Part shown: piece by piece, positions 12,010 through 23,416 of the stretch
Position numbering within the stretch: position 1 is the first letter of the stretch
How the letters are laid out: every line of letters begins with the position of its first letter
Assembly (NCBI RefSeq): GCF_002105155.1
Contig: NW_019028999.1
Location: forward strand, 248,001 to 312,000
Direction: 5' to 3'
DNA: 64,000 nucleotides
From: Lobosporangium transversale
Taxonomy: Eukaryota
Made by a program: the position numbers and the translations under genes
The notes under the pieces: model-generated
What the model was told of the DNA's origin: nothing
Database searches by the model: none
The model's input: the letters and a program-made list of their open reading frames with translations, nothing else

Positions 12010-13338
12010 ATGGTTGAACTGACCGCCCCTTCCAAGAGAACCGTCATCCTTTCTCTCACTGCCGTTGTTGGCATTGTCACTGTCTCTTCATTGGCCTACA
12101 TCCTCTACCGCGACAGCAAGCGCTCCAACTTTTCACATCGTTTTCATACTACCCAACGAAACCTCAATTCACAGCTTACCAAGGCTCAAGGTTCTCTTAA
12201 GGATCTTATCGATAACGACCTTCGTCATATCCAAATCCGTACTAAGACTTTGCGCACCCATCGTCTCCATCCTGGCGATGACCACGTAAAGCTACCATCC
12301 CTTGGTTTGATCAATGAGGAAGAGAAGGAAGAATTGGGAGATGAAATTGAGGAAACCAAGGAGGAATTGATACAGGAGCGCGCAAAGGAATTCGGTGATC
12401 ATGCCAATGTACGTCAAGGATACAAGGATTTGGACCTGAAAGTCAAAGCTCTCCACAAAAAAATGGTGAGGCTACTTGAACAAGTGAATAAAGTGGATTT
12501 GAGTGAGCTATCTGAGATTGGGGATGAAGCCGGTGGCATCTCGCAGGAGAATGAATCTGAAATCCTTGTTCTCGAGAAATTGCGAAAGCGTAGGAGCTCT
12601 ATCCTCAGTCAGGTTCAGCAAACCCTAACCAAGCTTGAACGTATCCAAGCAAGCTACAAGGAGAGGATGTTACAGATCAAGGAATATGAAAAGATGGATC
12701 GCATTGGTCTAGCACCAGAGGATGATGTGGAACCCACAACAGAAAGCGAAATGATGAAGCAAGGTATCACCTTCGCTGACGTGGCTGCGATGAATGTTCC
12801 GGAGCCAGAGGTCCTGGCGCCAACCGAGGATTTGGAAAAGATGAAGCAAGGAATCACCTTTGCCGATGCTGCTAAGCAAAGTATTGAGGAACCAGAAGCC
12901 CTAGCTCCTACAGAGGACCTTGAAAAGATGAAGAAGGGTGTCAGCTTTGCTGATGTGGCCAAGCAGAATATCGAGGAACCGGAAGTCTTAGCGCCTACAG
13001 AGGACCTTGAAAAGATGAAGAAGGGTGTCAGCTTTGCTGATGTAGCCAAGCAAAATATCGAAGAGCCTGAAGTCTTAGCTCCCACAGAGGATCTGGAGAA
13101 GATGAAACAAGGAATCAGTTTTGCCGACATGGCTAAACAGAATATCGAAGAACCAGAGGTTTTGGCTCCCACAGAAGATCTTCAAAAAATGAAGGAAGGT
13201 GTCAGTTTTGCTGATGTTGCGAAACAGAATGTGGATAATGTCGAGGAGCCAGACGTGCTAGCTCCTACAGAGGATCTCGAGAAAATGAAACATGGCATCA
13301 GTTTTGCTGATGTGACCAAGAACAGTGCTGAAGAGTAG
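12010..13338 (+). CDS. Uncharacterised 442-aa protein: N-terminal TM anchor, helical BAG-like domain, seven 29-aa tandem repeats
   Basis: Intronless ORF; hydrophobic VILSLTAVVGIVTVSSLAYIL; LLEQVNKVD..LRKRRSSILSQVQQTLTKLE resembles BAG helices 2-3; repeat EEPEVLAPTEDLEKMKxGxSFADVAKQNI. Confidence 0.85.
   Translation: MVELTAPSKRTVILSLTAVVGIVTVSSLAYILYRDSKRSNFSHRFHTTQRNLNSQLTKAQGSLKDLIDNDLRHIQIRTKTLRTHRLHPGDDHVKLPSLGLINEEEKEELGDEIEETKEELIQERAKEFGDHANVRQGYKDLDLKVKALHKKMVRLLEQVNKVDLSELSEIGDEAGGISQENESEILVLEKLRKRRSSILSQVQQTLTKLERIQASYKERMLQIKEYEKMDRIGLAPEDDVEPTTESEMMKQGITFADVAAMNVPEPEVLAPTEDLEKMKQGITFADAAKQSIEEPEALAPTEDLEKMKKGVSFADVAKQNIEEPEVLAPTEDLEKMKKGVSFADVAKQNIEEPEVLAPTEDLEKMKQGISFADMAKQNIEEPEVLAPTEDLQKMKEGVSFADVAKQNVDNVEEPDVLAPTEDLEKMKHGISFADVTKNSAEE
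12742..13320 (+). repeat. Coding minisatellite, 87-bp period, ~7 copies
   Basis: For example cctacagaggaccttgaaaagatgaagaagggtgtcagctttgctgatgt recurs at ~12907 and ~12994. Confidence 0.95.
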
Positions 13339-13464
13339 TTTTTCTAATTATAAACTTTCATTTGTTTTTCCTTATTGTACAATTTAAATAAAATAATGTT
13401 GAGAAGTGTAAAGCCCTTAATACTATTGTATTTCTATCATGATGAAAGATGTTAACTTTAGATC

Positions 13465-15606
13465 CTAACGCGTATAACGAGCAGGCTTGTAGATATTATT
13501 GCGCCGCGGACGATCTACTATCGGCTCCTCCCTACTAATGGGGGAATCTGCCCTCGAGCGCGAGCCAGCTCGGCACTTCTTCTGATGTCGACTCGTATCA
13601 CTGCTACCCTTTTCCATTTCCTTTTCTTTCTCTTTTTCCTTCTCTTTCTCCTTTTCCCAAAATCGATCTACCTCTTTGCCATAAAACACAAAAAGCTCCT
13701 CGCCTGCTTTGACATCCCTGTTGGTCTGGCAAATAACTTGATTCACCACGCTTCCCGTAATAAAAGTTATGTTGCCATTAGGATCCTCATTCATAAAATG
13801 GAAAGGACAATACAGCCGTCCTTTAGGGTCACTATATGGCATCCCATTCTCATCTGTGGCATCCAGGACTGTTCTGCGATACATGATAGAATAATGAGAT
13901 GCAACCCCAACTCCATCCTTAAGCGAATCGAACTCATTCTCAGTCATAGGGACTCCAAAGTAGAATCCAAGTGGAGTACTCGCTGGAAGATCGATCTTTG
14001 CAAACAGTCCATTTCCAGAATTGGGAATAGTCGAGACATCCACACGCACAATGTCATCTAAGCTTGTTGGGACATTACTGAGATCCAGGTCCTCTAGTCT
14101 ATATTCATCCACCTTTTCAGCCTTAGATCCACTGTCACCCTTGTGTAAGGCATTTTGCGGTATGAAGTTTCGATTTGAGGCCACAATTCCACTCGTCACC
14201 ACTGCCTCCTTCGAAGTAGTTGCAAAAGCAGGAGTAGAAGAAACAAGCTCTGAGTCCTGAGGCAATATTTGTGCGGGTGTGGATGGCAATGAAGATGTAG
14301 TGCTGCTTGCTGAATTTATTTCGAGTTGCTCCAACTTGTCTGCCATCTTAGTTTCTTGATCTAGTGATGTGTAAGGAGCACTGTTGGATGGCCTAGAAAT
14401 CGTACCCAAGTCCAGCTCGGCTTTGATCTTTTTGAAGCTCCTCAACTCATCATTCAGCGACATTTCTAAAAGCTCAGGACTACGCTTTTTGAAGTCAGAT
14501 GGCTCTGATTCTGTAACAGTTATCCCAATGAACCTGGTATCGCCGTCATTGGTGTCCATATCTGGGCCTTCTAGAGTAGCGTTAATTGTTGTCGCTGTTA
14601 TAGATGAGTTCGTTGTAGGCGTTGATCTATTTTCTGCATTTGCTTTCCTGGTTTGCTCCCGCTCCTCCAAAATATGGATAGGCACTGCACCCTCCTTGGG
14701 AATTCCAAAGCAAAGCGGCCAGTCATGCTTGATAAGCTTCTCCATCCAGCTATCATATTCTTTTACAGCCGTATCGAAATCTCCTGGTGTATATGCGAGT
14801 CGGAAGTGAGTACTTTTGCTTCCTTCGGGTTTGAATGGAATGAAATACTTGTCGCCGTTGTTAGTCAAACAAGCCGATGCTGAGTTCATTGGCGTCTATA
14901 TTGACCGTTTGAATGAGTTCAAAGCAAAATAAAATGAAAGTAAATATGGGTTTAAACTTTTTTAAAAAAGAGAATATGAAAACGCTCCCTGCCTTCATAC
15001 CTTGCCAGTAAACACACGCGGCAAGCCTTTTTCAGCACTAAATTTGCGATCCAGAGCAACTGCTGCATTAATCAGTTCCTGGCGGGCTGCCGTACGATTA
15101 GGCATGGATCGAAGCGCCAGAAACATTATATAGGGCTGAGTATGCCACCGGGGTTTAACATTTGAACGTGGTGGCGCAATACGTCGCGTATATGTTCCAC
15201 CTGACGAAGGGATGGAATCTAACGCCTGTGAGGGAAAAGTTGATGATGTAGCTGTTGTAGTTTTAGGAGTCGGTTTGGGGGACTTGTCAGAATTTGTTGT
15301 GTTTGTTATTATTGTAGATGTTGGCGGCATTGATTGTTTTAATTCTTCTGTTGATGAAACTTCTAAAGGCGTTGAAGTCCCTGGTGCAGAATTCTCTTCT
15401 TTACTGTTCTGACTGAAAGTAGGTGGACTACCATTGTATGTGGTTTCAGTAGAGACAATGGGAACAATGGATGACTCTATTGAGCCAGGAGTAGAGGTGG
15501 TGGATGCGCCTTCACGCTGCGCTTCTAAAGAGGATGATGCTTCAGGCAAAATCATGGCCTTGGGCAATATCGAAACAAGCAATGCGACAAGAAGCAACAA
15601 AACCAT
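13465..15606 (-). CDS. Winged-helix (HARE-HTH/Gds1-like) plus SET-domain protein; intron 14896-15000; start uncertain (15606 or 15555)
   Basis: Spliced FTGK|TPMNSASACLT; SET motifs GNGLFAKIDL..GFYFG, FMNEDPNGN, DVKAGEELFVFYG. Confidence 0.8.
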
Positions 15607-16284
15607 AAAAAAGAGGCTCCACGCTTGTTATTGCAAGTAGTGTGACTGGTCGTTAAAATTAATTTATTTTATTTTGTATCCACTAATCTGTCGAACCAGC
15701 TTAAAGGAATCTTTGTGCAAAGCCTTTGTAGTCATAGGCGAGTCCGCCTCACCTAGAAACTACCGCGGTCAAACCCATAGGCTAGAGTATAAAAACCAAA
15801 GAAACTTCCTTCTTAATAAAGTCTTCAGTTTCCCCATATGTCTTGTTCTTCACCTGCAGATCATCTTGCCATTTATCTTTTCCCCCTTTTCACAACAAGC
15901 ATTTGTCTTCCGGTAACTCAGTTTGTAAGCTCACCTATAAAGCTCCCATCTTCTCTTTTGACATCCTATGGCGCTGTTTGTAGTCAAGGTTATTTGCCTC
16001 TATTTTCTCTTGTTAATCTTGTTGACACTCTTTGTCCTGCCTTTTCCTGCTTGTGTCTATCTTTCTGTCCCTTAAGCGAAGATATACCTATTTTTTACAA
16101 CAATACCACCAAACCAATTCATTATAGATTAAGATATGTGGGGTATATATGTTGTCTAAATAGTCCTCCCCACCAAAAAACACCATCTAGACCAAGCATA
16201 GAAATAAATAGATCAATCAAGAAAGCACTGTCAAGCTAATACTTACAACTTTTTTAAGACGAATGTGTATTATCCTGCGTATAT

Positions 16285-17950
16285 CTGTTGATATACGGTT
16301 TTAAAGTTAGTCCAGAAATTCAGGGGCAAAAGATTAGAGGGGATACAGGAGACGAAAATAAACATACTGGCCAAGGTCCAGACCCAGGACCTTGATACTG
16401 TCGGCCCCGCATCCTCAAAGGCTGACCGCCTTGCCTGAATGACACTTCAGACCTTAGTGAGGTGATGCTTTATACCGCCTACTGTGCTCGCAATGCGGTT
16501 CGGAACCATTTATCAGCAAGCTTCCTTGACGCAGTTCAGCTCCTCCATGTTGAATGTCAATAATTGGAGTGTGCGGCCGTCGGCCCGAATACTGCCTCTT
16601 AACACGTATCCCCTTTCGTCGTAGTGGTTGGATCGAAATCTTTGCTTTAAAACCGACGCAAATGTATTTCATTTCTTGGTTGTTCGTCATACGCGCCTTG
16701 CCCTTGAAACCTCTACTACATTTCTCGGGTCTATTTCTTCCAATATTTCCAGTATCTGATATTAGCATCGTGACAAGCGTACCAAGCAATGAGAGCTGCT
16801 ATTGCGGGTTTGGGACGGTAGTGTAGTTACCTAGAAATATGTTCCTTAAAGTCTCGTTACTCAACTGTAGTTACAAAAGAGCTGAGATTATTATGGGTCC
16901 ATGTCTAGGTGGGCTAAGTGGCATTATGGTACGACCACTTTTCGTGATATCGTTCAGTCATGTAAAGTCCTCAATAGCGCTACGGCTCTCATCGATATCA
17001 ACTAATACTGGGCTGATGAGATTGCCCTTGTTTCTCTGGATCTCGGCCTATACAAATAATGTATATAGGTGAACATTAGTAGGACACTGCAAGTTGAAAA
17101 TATGTGCAGGCCCTTAACATTTGAAGCACTTTTATCTCCTTGTGAAGCTCAACGCAGCCATCTCTAAAATGTCTTTTAATCTCCAAGCAAAGCTGAGTGG
17201 CTACAGACTGAGCCAAAAGTACTGCTGGGAGTTGATTTGAAACGGCCGTACCGCCACAGGTCGGAGCGCCAGGGCCTAAATTGAAGCCTTGCAACATCTG
17301 GAGGAACAAGCTCTAGGCTTGTTTTTTTTTTGGTACTTTGATTGAAATTTCCATTGTACAAGTAGGAGACATTGCTATAAACTCAGCCCGGATGAACTGT
17401 GTTGTTCCTTTGCCTCCCTCACCAACGTCTCGAACTCCTTCTGGAGTGTCCCTATCCCGAGCTACTGCTTTGTCGGCTATCGTTGCAACATGTTCCGGAA
17501 TGTGAGGGCAGATACAGCCCAAGGTTCCTCGATCATCATCTACAGGACCTGAGGTAGCTCCTTCTATATATCGGCCAAGCAACCTTTGCCCTCTTTTCTT
17601 TATCTGGGAAGCAAGGCACACAACGTCACGAACGCTCTCAAGTGCAGCTGATACCTCGGCATCGTTTCCTTCAAGTGCATGGCCGAAGCTAGTACCACCA
17701 GGCGAACCCATGTAGAAAAGAAGGGCACAGCAGCAACCGTCTTGAACAGATGAACAGATTTTCATCCTCCAATAGGAACGCTGGTAAGGATAAGGTTTGA
17801 AGAAAGTAGCGGCCTTTTTGATCTACTCGATTGTTACTTCTGCACTTTGTAGAAGACCTTTTCTACCACACCACATCAAGTATCAATAGCACTTGTAGTT
17901 TCTCTATCCGCTCTGAACGAGGACGTTACCCTTTGTTGTAGAGTTTGCAC
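16285..17950 (-). pseudogene. Degenerate TnpB/Fanzor-like (RuvC) nuclease relic with a spliceosomal intron (17048-17129)
   Basis: Manual translation across frameshifts: ..QSVATQLCLEIKRHFRDG..|..IDESRSAIEDFT*LN..GYVLRGSIRADGRTLQLL (16576-16611) ..IKVLGLDLGQ (16367-16396, RuvC-I-like) ..KTVYQ; RuvC-II/III not found. Confidence 0.68.
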
Positions 17951-18094
17951 ATGAGCACTCTTTGATTGACGAATTAAAACCAATAAAAAATTAATTGTTA
18001 CACTGTTATACCGCCGCCTCCACATAAAATGCGCCACTATTTTATATATTATACTGCTGTACGGAACGGAGGGAACTTTTCTTAAAAAAATGGA

Positions 18095-18780
18095 ATACAA
18101 CTCGCAACGCTTTCACAGTACGACCAAGAAAGACTGGCGAGAGCAATGGCAGTAAGTCCCGTGGAGGCAAGGGCCATGGTATGCGAGAAGTTAGTCGAGA
18201 AAGAGGTATGTGTCGAAAATCGATAATATCAAAAGTTTGATTGTATATGGATAGGTTCTAATCTCTTTCGTTCTTCAAAGTTCGCGGTAAAGTCGTCCGA
18301 AGAATCTGAAGTAGAGTACTCCGTTGCCGCGGATGTAGAGAGGGGCCACCTTCAGTCATGTTCATGCCCCGACTATGTCCGACAGAAGATCCCTTGCAAA
18401 CACATGTATTTAGTGTCAAGGATTTACGACGGCTTCGATGTTCAATATGCCGCTGCTCCTTCGCACTTTGAACATCAGAACAGGCACTTAGAGTTCGACT
18501 TAGGGCCTCCTCTCGAGAGCTTTATCTCACCAGTTTTACTGCGTGAGCTGGATATGATGAGAACAAAAGAGAGGGAAGAAAAGAAGAGAAAAAGAGAAGA
18601 AGTCACCACCCAAGCGTTTGAAGAGTGTGAAGAAGAGCTTATGGTCCTGTGGAAAGAGCTGGGCCGTATAGTATATATAATAGGCAGAAAAGAAAGTGCA
18701 CATTGAAGGATATGCAAGACTCAATAGCAGAACCGAGGAATGTAATCCGTACAATGACAGCGAGAGGTGTTCAAGCACCT
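18095..18780 (+). mobile_element. MULE/Mutator transposase C-terminal fragment with SWIM zinc finger; intron 18206-18280
   Basis: FAVKS...YSV...CSCPDYVRQKIPCKH (18359-18403) fits SWIM CxCxnCxH; no DDE core or start upstream. Confidence 0.72.
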
Positions 18781-19010
18781 GAACAAATTGACTATAAAAA
18801 GTAACAAATCAGCTGATCCCTTTGTTTTTGGGCCAAGATTGTGCTACACCCTCGCCGCTGGGTGACGTAATTGGGCCAAGATTGTACCGTTTTACCTTCT
18901 CTTGAAGGCCATTTAATGTGATAATGAAGAGCAACTCATGCGAGCTGATCTGGATTTGCTCTTCACCAATATTGCTTTTCTTTTACATCTCCTTTTATTC
19001 CTCGTCATTG

Positions 19011-20930
19011 ATGCAGCAGGCAAACGGAACATTTGTCTGTACCTATACAGGCTGTGGTGAAACATTCACCGTGTTATTCGATTGGACTCGTCATGTCCGC
19101 AAGCATGCGCTTCAAGCGTCCATAAGGTAGTCTCCTAAGCACATTTGGTTCTTTTTCAGCTCGGAATCGCTTACCGAATAAAATAATAAAAAATAGGAAA
19201 AAGAGCCATGAATGCATCAAAATATTGCAACAGCTCAAGCTTCTTATCTTTTCTTTACGATATAAAGTAGGCTAGCCGATTCATCAGGGATCACACAAAA
19301 TAGAGTTGCTCAAAGTCAGGCACCATCAGTGACATCCACTTCAGTGAAACTACCACAGGCAGTAACTTTAATACCATCAACAGTTACTGGACATGAGGCG
19401 CCTAAAACCTCGACTTCGGCCAACATATTATCCACGGATACGACATCAGTTCCTCAAACAGAAGTACAGAGTATACAACACAATGGATCTTTATCTATGA
19501 TGACTGCGGAGAAAGCAGCAATCCGGGATTCTGCTTTTGCAACAAATACGACTAAAAAGAAGCGCGAGTATCCTGATATTACTGCAACGGCATTGACTAT
19601 GAGAAAGGAGACTCAGGCTGATATTAAAAGAAGTAAGGCTTCAACTGGGGCTTCAACAATAAATGGATGGCGGACGTGGTCACCTATTCCTTCAAAACCG
19701 ACTTTACGCACACAAAGCCCCGACCAGCTACTGGAAGGGACAGAAGAGCTTGCGGACAAATCAAAAGCTTCAATTGACACTACAACAACTTCAAAGATGC
19801 CTATTTTACAAAAGGATCTATCACAGTCCACTCTAAACTTTGTGATAGTGCCTTCACCAGCAATAGCTTCTCCAATTAAAGAGCCTTCACCAGTCCTCAA
19901 GTCAGTTGGCGTCGTGGAAGAAGAAGCGCTAGGAATGGACTTAATGAGACCTGTATCAGTAGATTCGGGGGATTTGGCGTTAGAGGCAAGCCCAACAGAA
20001 ACATCGCTCTTTGTAGAATCATTATCATCAACGCTGATCCTTGACCAGCCAGCGTCAACTGTCAATACCCCCTTATCCCCAAAGTTATCCTTAACACAAG
20101 CCAATGAGCCGTCAATATCCAAGACGGAGCCTAATTATAAAGACAGCAATAGTGATATTGATATTGAATCGTTACATGACCAGCCGGTGAAACCGGATCC
20201 TGATGTTGAAGATAGTCAAGAAAACGCCCAGAAAAATGTTGTTCGAAGGTGTACTCTGCGGCGCCCAGAATCAGCATCGGGGAGCATTATCTCGGCTACG
20301 ATAACAAGAGGAAAGGCCAAAGCTCATGGCTTTACCTATGATTGCAGTAGCTTGTTCGAAACAGACACGGATGAAATCAAGCACTATCTGGAGCACCTCA
20401 TCCTTCAAGGCCCACTCCTTGTATGTAATAACAGACTTTGTAGGATGATGTTTGTATCCGAACAAGAGCTTGCTGATCATCAGCAGCAACATCACAGAAA
20501 GCCATCCAGATCATCGGTACCTGCACCAGCCTCGCCAACGCCCTCGTCATTGCCACTATCAAGGTCATCAAGGTCATCAGTATCACCATCTCCGTCAAAA
20601 AACTCTATTCAAAAAAAATTAAACCATTCAAAGCAGAAGAAAACACGAATACAATCTGAAGGTGGCAAAGCTGGTACAGTGATCTTTACGGCGACGAAGG
20701 AAAAGGCGAAATCGCGGAGTCATTTAAGACTGGTCACATCCGCTTTTGGCAGTCAATTGTCTATGCCCAAAGTCTTGAAGAACCATTCATCTAGCCGTCG
20801 ATGGAGAAGCCATCACAGTGATGACGATATCACCGAAAATGTAGAATTGCAAGAACCTTTGATTGCGAACTCTAGTCTTGATAGACAGAGTAATCAAGGC
20901 CTTCTGCATGTTTATTCTATCAACTGTTAA
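19011..20930 (+). CDS. C2H2 zinc-finger protein with a long S/T/P-rich disordered region; intron 19127-19270
   Basis: CTYTGCGETFTVLFDWTRHVRKH and CNNRLCRMMFVSEQELADHQQQHH; splicing keeps the frame. Confidence 0.8.
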
Positions 20931-21039
20931 CAAAAATAAAGGAATACACAATACGAACAGCATCTTGTCAATGTTTTTGTGAACAATATTGAAATCGTAG
21001 CTGAATGTTATTTTTAATGAAGTTTCAAATAACGTATTC

Positions 21040-22126
21040 TCAGTTCCAGATTTTCTGCCTGGACTCAGTACTCTCGAAAATGGAATCATCATGTGATAGA
21101 ACAGTGCTGCTACCCTCACGAAGGCGCACATAATCCCTCAGCATCTCATTGAAACCTCCGATGTACTGACTCTTAAGATACTCAGGAACTCCAGCAGGCC
21201 ATTCATGATCACGGCTAGTAAAGCTGCTCTTTGAACGGACAACATCCTTGATGCGTCCATCAAGGTACGGTGTAATCGTATGTTCGTTTTTGATGTAATC
21301 CATCAAAGCCTCATCCATCAACTTGAAATTGAACACTCGCTCTCTAGTCTTGGGTTCCAAAAGATTATCTCCGCCTCTAAGAATAAAATCAAGGGTAGCA
21401 ATCCAGTATATCTTCGTCTTCTTGATATCACGCCACACCCTATCAAAGCCTTGAATCTCTGCCTTGATCAGATGTGACTCTGACAGCGGGCGTGACGAAT
21501 CGTATGTGAATCGTAAGCCACTAATCTGAATGTTAGAAGTAAGCAGCTTCTGACTTTTCTTATTTCGACCGGAAGAGATCGCCTCCAACAGGTCCAGAAT
21601 CTCTTCTCCTGACATCTGCGTCTGTACAACGCGGTTACCAAACGGAAAAGTAGCTGTAACCATCTCTATTGTGATATTCCCTGCAGGAAGTCCAGCGCGG
21701 ATACCACCACTATTGACAAATGCAAAATCAACCCATGGCCGTTCATCCTTGACATCTAAGCCATTTTTACTGTCATCTATCGTTGCAGTGCGCGCGTGCT
21801 GCAGCATAGCATCCGCAACCATATTGCCCATAGTACACTCTCGCTGCTTACAACTTTGCTGATCAAATTCTTGTGAGGCTACTCCTAGAACGGTTTCACC
21901 CCATTCTTCGAACTCTTTGCGCCAGCCATCGATACGCTCCAGCAAAAGGGCATTAGGGACAATCGAATTCTCCACCAAGACAGGAACACCTTTCCAGCTT
22001 ACAATCTTGCCATCGGAGTTGAAAACCACATCTAGATGACCGATATATCTACCCCAACAGAACGCCTAATGCAGTTATCAAATGCAATGCGGGTTAACAG
22101 TAAGCTACTGTATCAGTCCCAGATCC

Positions 22127-22161
<35 letters not shown>

Positions 22162-22888
22162 CATTGGATACAACATCTCACCTGTACAATCAAGGTATTT
22201 TCGCCCTTGAGGTTTTTAATAACCGTGGGATAAGGCCCCTCGTACATCTTGTTCTTTGGATCGCCTAGGTACGAATGACTGTGGCCCCCAACAATCAAAT
22301 CAATTCCGTGCGTCTTGGCTGCGAGTTCCATATCAGGGCCATACCCATTGTGCGAAAGACCCAAAATACGCTTGATGCCCTTGGCCTCGAGCTCATCGAC
22401 ATATCTTTGCACTGCAGGAATTGGATCGGTAAATGCAATAGTTGGACCTGCATTTGAAATATCACCAGTAGTCTAGTATAAAAAGAAAGGATCACCATCA
22501 GTACAGTATGCTGTTGGTATTCCTCGTTTATGACGACGCAAAAGCCTACATTTGTAATGTATCCGATCACTGCGAGCCCAAGGTCCTCAAAAATATGGTA
22601 AGGCTTGACCCACTTTTGGAGTTCTGGGTTCTTGGACAGGTCAACATTGGCACAGACGATTGGGAACTTGAGTTTGGACCAAAAACGACCTAGGTTGGCT
22701 GGCCCATTGTCCCACTCGTGATTGCCAATAGTCGTAAGGTCATAGCCTAGCTCGTTCATGACTTCTGCCGTGACATTTCCCTAAAAACAATCAAGATTTG
22801 CACCTAGGTGAATACAGTGTTAATACGGAGTGATTTCATTTAGTGAAGCAGTTTGTACCTTGTAGTAGGAATAAAAAAGCGTGCCCTA

Positions 22889-22922
<34 letters not shown>

Positions 22923-23416
22923 GCCATCGCCCGTAAATAAAATAAATCATGGCACACCCAACAACTTTTCGAAAGACCAAAATCTATCACTGCTTAGAAA
23001 CTCACTTGAAACTAAACGGTGAAAGATAGGAGCATGTATACAAGAATAAATAGGGAAGATAGACATTATCAATATGCAGGCACGATAACGCGTTATTTTA
23101 TTTCTTACTCATAATTTTTCAATACCTCGTCGCCTCCATCCAAAAGTAATGAGTGCTGGTTCTTCTTACGGAGATCCTCAATCACGGTTTTGTGTCTAGC
23201 TGTGCCTCCGTAACAGTGACCCGTGGCAATATCCTCTTTTGTGCAACTAACGCCGAACTCGTTGGCAGGGTCGACACGCGAGTGGACGTCGTTGGTATGA
23301 ATCACAGTCAAATTCAGCCAACCGTCGCTTGCAGATTTAGAGGCTTGTGGCAAGGCGGAGACCGCCGTTACGACCAATGATGCCACCAAACAAATGAATG
23401 GAAACGTGAGGTTCAT
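21040..23416 (-). CDS. Secreted 5'-nucleotidase/apyrase family metallophosphoesterase, multi-exon including 6-nt and 27-nt micro-exons
   Basis: Signal peptide MNLTFPFICLVASLVV; HTNDVH, DGGDE|FQ|GTLFY, GNHEWD, LSHNG, VGGHSH, NSGGIR, PFGN, GGD. Confidence 0.94.

Noticed and set aside
12654..13172. 172-aa antisense repeat ORF
   Set aside because: Shadow of the plus-strand coding minisatellite
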